This document shows, piece by piece, positions 59,301 through 64,000 of a DNA stretch of 64,000 bases; within the stretch, counting starts at the first letter, position 1, and the number at the start of each line of letters is the position of its first letter. The DNA is taken from NCBI GenBank assembly GCA_028289405.1, contig JANQPP010000036.1:28297-92296 (forward strand), given 5' to 3'. The notes beneath the pieces are model-generated. The model saw only the letters and a program-made list of their open reading frames with translations. It was not told the DNA's origin and did no database searches. The stretch comes from Pirellulales bacterium. Its GTDB lineage: Bacteria; Planctomycetota; Planctomycetia; Pirellulales; JANQPP01. The position numbers and the translations under genes were made by a program.

Positions 59301-59321
59301 TCTTTGCTCGATTTTCTATAG
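56316..59321 (+). CDS. flgL: Flagellar hook-associated protein 3 (FlgL), giant 1001-aa form
   Basis: Flagellin-family N-terminal helices (RVSELLIGQRVLSQLRADQQALFRVQDSISTGFRIQTPSDDAPAA...) and C-terminal helices (VRAEVGTRQQSLDVLEIRVEDEEIILKQALSSEIEVDLVEAISTLSARQASFEASLQ). Position after flgK. The central ~700 aa consist of repeated modules. Confidence 0.75.
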   Translation: MSPVSSIPTSRVSELLIGQRVLSQLRADQQALFRVQDSISTGFRIQTPSDDAPAAVRAMGLQQLIERKEQVKVNLSTNQSFLTATDTALAEVRGLLNSVLSTSIAAASSTTSDSQRLAAAQEVRGALDQILNTSNQKFRDRYLFAGSTTNVRPFEANENVVRYHGNEEVLRSYSDLDLLFETNVHGNDVFGAISDPVRGAVDLNPIITFDTRLSDLHGGDGVNLGSIQISDGTNSSTIDLSGAETMRDVVDLLVAQPPPGRALSVTVTPQGLNVALDSAGGGELTVREVAGGTVATELGILQPNGTGSLEVLGEDLRPRLTPTTPLRDILGTRPFTRLAMSGANNDLLIEANERGLDFNGYSFHVIDDNALQASQGIAGGGVAIRTETDPVAARTSLAFNGSNNDLILTANTPGTDFNNVRVAVASNIVAPAAPPTAVFDQATNTLSINLRTDGTTTANEIIAAIAIEPSGNFTASLDDSLETTNDGSGTVGVVNDPEFASTGNSGGAANTVFIHVQNGVTTSSEIAEAINTEGTFSATFDPSDNPLIADAGTGLVDLASTATTAGGTGVEFDQASGLQILNGDETHVIDIAAAETIEDVINILNGSPAGVVAEINAAGNGLDIRSLLSGTDFAIGENGGTTATELGIRSFSTETRLDDLNYGFGVHKADGVDFTIQRRDGVELEIELGDAKTVGEVLEIINTHPDNQTGIPLTATLARFGNGIELVHDDPAGTEPLVVRRAVLGQAAQDLGLVPSFEEESLPAIPGTIATAQTALAGADNDLVWESALPGAVFNDVSIIYTNFAAVGDQAFASYDALDKTLTIDIDPAATTANTVIAAVATEGTFVAQLDETSEPGNTGAGLIAFTGEAGQFSGGTAETLTGRDTNPQETKGVFNSLVRLSLALESGNSLLDIDRAAELLRDDLTRLDFVRAEVGTRQQSLDVLEIRVEDEEIILKQALSSEIEVDLVEAISTLSARQASFEASLQSTAAISQLSLLDFL

Positions 59322-59486
59322 AACCTGGTGGATGGCTGCACGAGTTTCCTGTCCACGTCGATGAAGAAGCGCGGCCTGATATTCGCTTCCAAAGGCAAGG
59401 CCTACCTATTGCGAAGGGCTTTCCATGATTTTTGCCGATGCCCGCTCGAGACATGAGTTTTTTGCTGATTTTGCCTCTCCTTGGGC

Positions 59487-59494
59487 GCCGATGT
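59487..59494 (+). promoter_or_regulatory. Sigma28-type -10-like box upstream of fliW
   Basis: GCCGATGT, 134 nt upstream of the fliW ATG. A second, weaker GCCGATGC lies at 59434..59441. No convincing TAAA -35. Confidence 0.3.
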
Positions 59495-59627
59495 TAAACA
59501 TGCAAGGTACGTATTTTTCGGATTCGACGTGCCATGCTGAGTGAGCATGAAATTGCGGCGCACCCCGCTCGCTTCACTCAGTTGGGCCGCTTGCCGAAAG
59601 GTCTACAACCAGGGACGGTCACGAACC

Positions 59628-60068
59628 ATGCAAATTTCAACGACTCGATTTGGACGTTTGGATATCCTGCCGGAAGACATCCTGCATTTCCCTCAAGGAG
59701 TGTATGGATTCGAGCATTGCCGGAAATGGGTAATTCTAGGCGATGCCGTGAATCCAGCTCTGGCGTGGATGCAATGCGTGAGCGATCCGGAGGTCGCCTT
59801 TGCCGTCCTAAGCCCCCGGCGATTCGTGCCAGATTACCAGGTCCGCGTGACGAGTAGCGAGCTTGCTCCATTGCAACTAGGCTCCTCGGCGGATGCGCAA
59901 GCTTTGGTCATCGTAGGCCAATACGGGAACGGGCTCACCTTAAATCTCAAAGCACCGATTGTGATTAATCTGGAGAAGCGTCTCGGCCGGCAAGTCGTGA
60001 ACAGTGTAGACGAACCTTTGCAATACGAAGTCGAGCCTTCCAGGAATTTACTGCGGCGGAGCGCTTAA
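59628..60068 (+). CDS. fliW: Flagellar assembly factor FliW
   Basis: MQISTTRFGRLDILPEDILHFPQGVYGFE......L.....P.LAWMQ and NLKAPIVIN patterns. Start trimmed to ATG 59628. Confidence 0.85.
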   Translation: MQISTTRFGRLDILPEDILHFPQGVYGFEHCRKWVILGDAVNPALAWMQCVSDPEVAFAVLSPRRFVPDYQVRVTSSELAPLQLGSSADAQALVIVGQYGNGLTLNLKAPIVINLEKRLGRQVVNSVDEPLQYEVEPSRNLLRRSA

Positions 60069-60388
60069 AACGACCTTCAGATCCATTGGGCGAATTCGTC
60101 TCGCGAAGGATCAAGGGAGGATGACATAAGAACTTGCATGCACGGATGCGTAGATCTCTGAGAGTATATAAAAGGCTGTGGCTTCCTGATTTAACTTTGT
60201 ATTTTGTCTTCTGGCGGAGTGGTCGAGTAGCGTCCCACTAGTTCGAGATTAATGCATTGTAAAGTGAATTTGGCGGAAAACTGTGTCTGCCAGAGCAATT
60301 GACCGTTCACGTTGCGATTATTCGGTCATAAAGAACTATTTGTGAAAATATGCAATCTTGGTTTGCAATGACACTGAAGCGGCAAACT

Positions 60389-60396
60389 GCCGATAA
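60389..60396 (+). promoter_or_regulatory. Sigma28-type -10 box upstream of csrA
   Basis: Perfect GCCGATAA 8-mer, 157 nt upstream of the csrA ATG, in an AT-rich spacer. No TAAA at the expected -35, but CTTGGTTTGCA lies 21 nt upstream. Confidence 0.4.
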
Positions 60397-60412
60397 CGGA
60401 ACATATTGCGAA

Positions 60413-60447
60413 GAGACGTCGTGAACGGAAGTTTTCATCGGCGTCTC
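60413..60447 (+). promoter_or_regulatory. csrA leader hairpin 1 with GGA in the loop
   Basis: GAGACGUCG / CGGCGUCUC: a 9-bp stem including one G-U pair, with a 17-nt loop UGAACGGAAGUUUUCAU carrying ACGGAAG. Confidence 0.5.
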
Positions 60448-60464
60448 TGTATAGGCGCAGCGAC

Positions 60465-60489
60465 GAACTTGCATGAAACGTGCAAGTTC
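60465..60489 (+). promoter_or_regulatory. csrA leader hairpin 2
   Basis: GAACTTGCA-tgaaacg-TGCAAGTTC: a perfect 9-bp inverted repeat. Confidence 0.5.
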
Positions 60490-60552
60490 TATGATTGTCA
60501 CTGGCCAGACCACCGCAAACTTCGGATATGGAAACCATAACAGGAGCCTGAG

Positions 60553-60801
60553 ATGCTTGTCCTGTCCCGACAACGCGACGAGAGCATCATTATCGGCGAC
60601 AATATTATTGTCACCATCGTCGATATTCGTGGTGACAAAGTCCGCCTAGGAATCAACGCGCCCACCGAGATTCCAGTGCATCGCCAAGAAGTCTATGAAG
60701 CCATTCAGCGGGAAAACATGCGGGCTACGCAAGTAGACCCCCGCGATGCCCAACGCATCGGTAAGCCCGAAGGAAAATCTTCCCATCGTTCGCATGACTA
60801 A
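60553..60801 (+). CDS. csrA: Carbon storage regulator / translational repressor CsrA
   Basis: [51 protein letters not shown] is the canonical CsrA core. AGGAG SD 7 nt upstream. Confidence 0.92.
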   Translation: MLVLSRQRDESIIIGDNIIVTIVDIRGDKVRLGINAPTEIPVHRQEVYEAIQRENMRATQVDPRDAQRIGKPEGKSSHRSHD

Positions 60802-60965
60802 TGCGTATTGTCACGAGGTGGCACGGTTAGTCGTATTCTCCCGTCGGGTTGCACCTCGCGTTGGATTGATCGGTCTAGACCATGGGAACGATGTCAGTGA
60901 GTTTTTCGCGAGGATCAGAAAATCACGAACTAGCGGATTTTTTTCAGGCAGTCCCCTTGTTTGCC

Positions 60966-60993
60966 TAAAGTACCCAGCGCCGCTAGCCGATGT
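60966..60993 (+). promoter_or_regulatory. Candidate sigma28 (FliA/SigD-type) promoter for the flagellin gene
   Basis: TAAAGTAC-N12-GCCGATGT (equivalently TAAA-N16-GCCGATGT), against the consensus TAAAGTTT-N11-GCCGATAA or TAAA-N15-GCCGATAT. About 310 nt upstream of the flagellin ATG. Confidence 0.55.
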
Positions 60994-61304
60994 TGAGAAC
61001 GAGTCGATGGAAGCCGCGTGCCGCTGATGTTGTAGACCGTCAAAATGGTTTGCCGCGTCGGTCCAGCCCGGCCAACGTGGAAGAAGTGAGATGGTTTTCC
61101 CACCGAAAAACCGAGTTGCTCCCACGTGGAAAGAAAGGATTCCTCCAAAGTTTCATTCGTGAACTAAAACATATTCAGCCGGACGTGCAGTGACCGAGGG
61201 AGTCCCGTAGCTCCTCCGGCGGCAGGAATTGGCGGTTAAGTCGTATGACGGATTCGGCCGCCAGCCTGATCGAGCATCCTTTCATGAAAAAGGGGTAGAC
61301 AGTA

Positions 61305-64000
61305 ATGACCCGAATTAACACCAATGTGAGCTCGCTTGTCGCACGGACCCGGCTAGAACGGTCGAACGCGGACTTAAATCAGGCGCTCACTCGGTTGAGC
61401 ACCGGTTTGCGGATTAATGATGGTCGGGACGACCCGGCCGGCTTGATCGCGAGTGAATCTCTGCGAAGCGATATTGTGAGCACCCAGCGGGCGATTACCA
61501 ATAGCGAGCGGGCCAATCAGTTAATCGCTACCGCTGATAGTGGTTTGGGCCAGGTGAGTGCCCTCTTGAATGATATTCGGGGATTGGTGTCCGAAGCCGC
61601 CAATACGGGCGCGCTTAGTGATGAGCAGATCGAGGCTAACCAACTGCAAGTCGATTCTTCATTGGAAGCCATCGACCGTATCGCGCAAATCACCACATTC
61701 CAGGGCCGCCGGCTCTTGGATGGCAGCTTGGGCTTCATTACCACGGGTGTTGATTCCACGAAGATTCAAGGTTTGCAGATTGACCAAGCCAACTTTGGCA
61801 CGCTGTCGGAAATCGGCGTATCCGTGGAAGTCGTCGAGCAAGCCACGCGAGGTTCTTTGAATTTCTCGCAAGGGGCCGTTGCCGAAGACGTCAATCTGCA
61901 AGTGGCCGGTCGGCTGGGCACCGAAGCCATTTCGATCGCCGGTGGAAGTGACATCGCATCCATCGCCAAATCGGTCAATCAAGTTTCCGATGCGACCGGC
62001 GTCAGCGCGATCTTGGAGTCTGGCGCGACGAAGGGTGAAATCAGCGTTACTAGCCTGGGCTTGGACAACGATATTGTCTTGACCGCGGAGGAAGCCGGAT
62101 TTGATCCGGGCAACGTCAACGTCCGTTACAGCCTGGGCACCTCGGATGCCACGACCGTGAATTTCACGCAGGGTACCGGCAGTGCGTCTGATACGCTGGA
62201 TATCCAACTCCGTTCGCAAGATTATGTGGCCGCGACCGCTTCCGTGGATGATGGCGGAGCGGCACTGGGCGACACGGCCAAATACCACATTGACTCCGAG
62301 GGCGCCAATAACGACCTGTTCCTCACCGCCAACAATGCCGGTTCGGACGCCGCCCGCTTCACGATTACCACCGTCGATTCCGCTGCGGGTGGTTTGGCTT
62401 TCGCCTTCGACAAAAATGCCCGAACACTGCAAATCGATCTTGGTGGTGACACGAAAACGGCAATTCAAGTCCGTGATGCCATTAATGGACTCACCGGTGC
62501 GAACCAAGTCGGTGAAACGTTCACCGCCTCGATTGCCACGGTCGATGGAGACAGTGGTACCAACCTCGGCACTGGAAATTTTGCTGTCGACGCAAAGAAC
62601 AAAATCTACGAAATCGCCAATGGAACGGGCGCCGACGAGAACGCCTTGGAATTCACCGCGAAGGTCAAAGGGGCCGAATTCAATGATGTCGCCGTGCATT
62701 TCGTGGACGGCAAGGCGTTCGACGGAGCCACGGGCGCGATCACGGCGGGCAGCGAAAAAGCGTTTTACTTCCACGATGCCCGCAAAGCCCAGGCGTATGT
62801 GGACCTTTACAATGAAGTCGGCACGGATGACGATGTGGACTTCGTGATTCAGGCGGTCCAAGGCGGTTCGGCGTTCAACAACGTGGATATCGTATTCTCC
62901 ACCGCGAATATCGCCACCGGGGATACTTCCAACGCGACGTACGATGCCGACGCCAAAACCCTCACGATCGACATTGCTGCCGATGGTTCCACGACAGCGG
63001 CAACGATTAAGACGGCCGTGGAAAATACCGGCACCTTCACACTCTCCTACGTGGGCGCGACAGCGGATGGCACGACCTATGAAGGGGTCAATGCCCGTCA
63101 GGCACAGGGTGTTCGTGGCAATACCGGTTTTAGCGGTGGAGACGCGGGTACCCTCTTCATTCACATTGATAACAATGTGAGCACGGCGGCCCAAGTTGTG
63201 ACAGCGATCTCGAACACGGCGTTGGATAACGATCGAGTCAACGAACTATTTGAAGTCATCAATCGTCCCGACCAAAGTGGAACCGGGCGAGTTTCCGCCG
63301 GTGCGTATTCGAATGCTTTCACCGGAGGTATCGACGGAGGCACCTCGTTGGCCACCGCCGCGGAAGTGGTCGAGGCGATCAACAACTCCACTGACCTGGC
63401 CGGGATTCTCTCGGCACAAGTCGAGGAAGGTTCGCAGGGGCAGGGAGTCGTTGGCCAATTCGAGGAATTCGCCTATACGGGAGTCGCGGAAGCCAACAAC
63501 CGGTTGCAATTCCTGGGAGGGGGGAATAGCCGCGACATCCGCTTCGTGGCCGATGGTACGAATACGAGCCTCGGGATCGACCTGTCGACCGCGCCGCGAG
63601 TCGAGGCCGGCGCCTCGGCAATTTTCGAGGCGAAGAACGCGAATGCCAGCCTGCAATTCGAAGCCTTGAAGAAGGGGCCTGATTTCGACAACATCTCGAT
63701 CCTCTTCGAGGATACGGGAGGTGCTCCCAACCAGAACACGGTGGTCTTCAATCCGGAAGCGACCAAGTCGTTCGCGGTGCTGGATTTCACCGGCGCGAAT
63801 AACGAAATCAAGATCACGGCCAACGAAGGCGGGACGCTCGATTTCAACAACGTGACCATCAACGTCACGAAGGTCGCCGGATTGGGGAATGCGGCCGAGG
63901 TCGAATACGTTGTGACTCCAAAAACCTCGACCACTCAAGAAAAACGGGAACTGAATATCAACGTGGACAACGCGGGGGCGACCAAGCTATCCGCGGTGCT
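61305..64000 (+). CDS. fliC: Flagellin, giant form (first 898 codons; continues beyond the window end)
   Basis: Absent from the track because it has no in-window stop. From ATG 61305, my translation is MTRINTNVSSLVARTRLERSNADLNQALTRLSTGLRINDGRDDPAGLIASESLRSDIVSTQRAITNSERANQLIATADSGLGQVSALLNDIRGLV..., a canonical flagellin N-terminal domain. The frame stays open to nt 64000 through a repeat-built central region. Confidence 0.9.
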   Translation, partial: MTRINTNVSSLVARTRLERSNADLNQALTRLSTGLRINDGRDDPAGLIASESLRSDIVSTQRAITNSERANQLIATADSGLGQVSALLNDIRGLVSEAANTGALSDEQIEANQLQVDSSLEAIDRIAQITTFQGRRLLDGSLGFITTGVDSTKIQGLQIDQANFGTLSEIGVSVEVVEQATRGSLNFSQGAVAEDVNLQVAGRLGTEAISIAGGSDIASIAKSVNQVSDATGVSAILESGATKGEISVTSLGLDNDIVLTAEEAGFDPGNVNVRYSLGTSDATTVNFTQGTGSASDTLDIQLRSQDYVAATASVDDGGAALGDTAKYHIDSEGANNDLFLTANNAGSDAARFTITTVDSAAGGLAFAFDKNARTLQIDLGGDTKTAIQVRDAINGLTGANQVGETFTASIATVDGDSGTNLGTGNFAVDAKNKIYEIANGTGADENALEFTAKVKGAEFNDVAVHFVDGKAFDGATGAITAGSEKAFYFHDARKAQAYVDLYNEVGTDDDVDFVIQAVQGGSAFNNVDIVFSTANIATGDTSNATYDADAKTLTIDIAADGSTTAATIKTAVENTGTFTLSYVGATADGTTYEGVNARQAQGVRGNTGFSGGDAGTLFIHIDNNVSTAAQVVTAISNTALDNDRVNELFEVINRPDQSGTGRVSAGAYSNAFTGGIDGGTSLATAAEVVEAINNSTDLAGILSAQVEEGSQGQGVVGQFEEFAYTGVAEANNRLQFLGGGNSRDIRFVADGTNTSLGIDLSTAPRVEAGASAIFEAKNANASLQFEALKKGPDFDNISILFEDTGGAPNQNTVVFNPEATKSFAVLDFTGANNEIKITANEGGTLDFNNVTINVTKVAGLGNAAEVEYVVTPKTSTTQEKRELNINVDNAGATKLSAV

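Noticed and set aside
60213-60250. tRNA-like fragment (GGCGGAGTGGTCGAGTAGCG...AGTTCGAGA resembles a type-II tRNA D-arm followed by a T-loop)
   Set aside because: It is too short to be a tRNA. No acceptor stem, anticodon arm or proper T-stem can be drawn, so it is probably a chance resemblance. A degraded tRNA remnant cannot be excluded but cannot be supported.
60307-60573. 88-aa and 70-aa reverse-strand ORFs in the AT-rich fliW-csrA spacer
   Set aside because: Atypical composition, no SD, overlap with the csrA start and its leader structures, and no recognisable domain.
61146-61172. CAAAGTTT-N11-TAAAACAT as a sigma28 promoter closer to the flagellin ATG
   Set aside because: The -35-like half is good, but the -10 position has no resemblance to GCCGATAA. 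The nearby GCCGGACG is at the wrong spacing. The 60966-60993 site is a much better candidate.
60990-61193. 67-aa highly basic ORF in the csrA-flagellin spacer
   Set aside because: It starts inside the putative sigma28 -10 box and has no SD. Third-position GC is only about 50 percent by my count, which is lower than I would expect for real genes here. I recognise no family, so it is more likely part of the flagellin 5' leader.
60994-61304. Enrichment of GGA (CsrA core) motifs in the flagellin leader
   Set aside because: I counted about 7 GGA in about 310 nt, against roughly 5 expected from composition, so there is no meaningful enrichment. Only the specific positions at 61222 and 61249 are kept as candidates.
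61659-63194. 511-aa ORF on the reverse strand
   Set aside because: It lies entirely antisense to the flagellin gene, whose identity is unambiguous. Its product is Arg/Gly/Ile/Val-rich with no recognisable motifs. Long antisense ORFs are expected in GC-rich, codon-biased, repetitive coding DNA.
1-64000. Search for CRISPR arrays, transposases/integrases, prophage genes, toxin-antitoxin or known defence-system genes, and rRNA/tRNA
   Set aside because: No direct-repeat/spacer array was seen. No ORF had transposase, integrase, recombinase, reverse-transcriptase or nuclease signatures. I saw no canonical tRNA T-loop/acceptor combinations and no rRNA-like segments. The window looks like core chromosome rather than a mobile or defence island.

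Overview
GC-rich chromosomal segment with about 57 protein-coding genes. I found no rRNA, tRNA, CRISPR array, transposase or integrase. The gene content suggests a Planctomycetota-like genome, but that is inference only: an ECF sigma + Ser/Thr kinase + FHA cluster, an EF-hand lipoprotein, a thioredoxin-protease fusion and very large flagellar filament proteins.

Layout:
- 1-3.7 kb: KDO/LPS genes (kdsD-kdsC plus a large LptC-position protein).
- 4-17 kb: housekeeping and transport genes, including uppP, cysK, an M19 dipeptidase, an SDR, a Na+/solute symporter and a DapA-like gene.
- 17-27 kb: a two-armed glycan locus. One arm has three tandem GT2 paralogues and a flippase. The divergent arm has two GT-C-like membrane proteins, a polyprenyl-phosphate glycosyltransferase and two methyltransferases.
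- 27-34.5 kb: a divergent PGK-fold kinase, an orphan HPt protein, two MFS transporters, a Zn-dehydrogenase and a TAT-exported lactonase.
- 34.6-41.4 kb: a co-directional signalling block (coiled-coil protein, FHA protein, membrane Ser/Thr kinase, membrane protein, ECF sigma, anti-sigma).
- 41.7-48.4 kb: CinA/NMNAT fusion, lptF/G, an aminotransferase, comF, DUF502 and hemC.
- 48.6-64 kb: a late flagellar cluster, flgF-G-A-H-I-J-N-K-L, fliW, csrA and flagellin.

Two real genes are missing from the ORF track because they run off the window edges: the reverse-strand gene at 1..1999 and the flagellin at 61305..64000. The track uses the longest ATG/GTG/TTG extension, so I trimmed many starts.

Most noteworthy:
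- A 1001-aa FlgL and a flagellin of more than 898 aa, both built from the same repeated modules.
- A near-consensus sigma54 promoter in front of flgF.
- Sigma28-type GCCGAT boxes in the three consecutive intergenic regions before fliW, csrA and the flagellin.
- A structured, GGA-bearing csrA leader.
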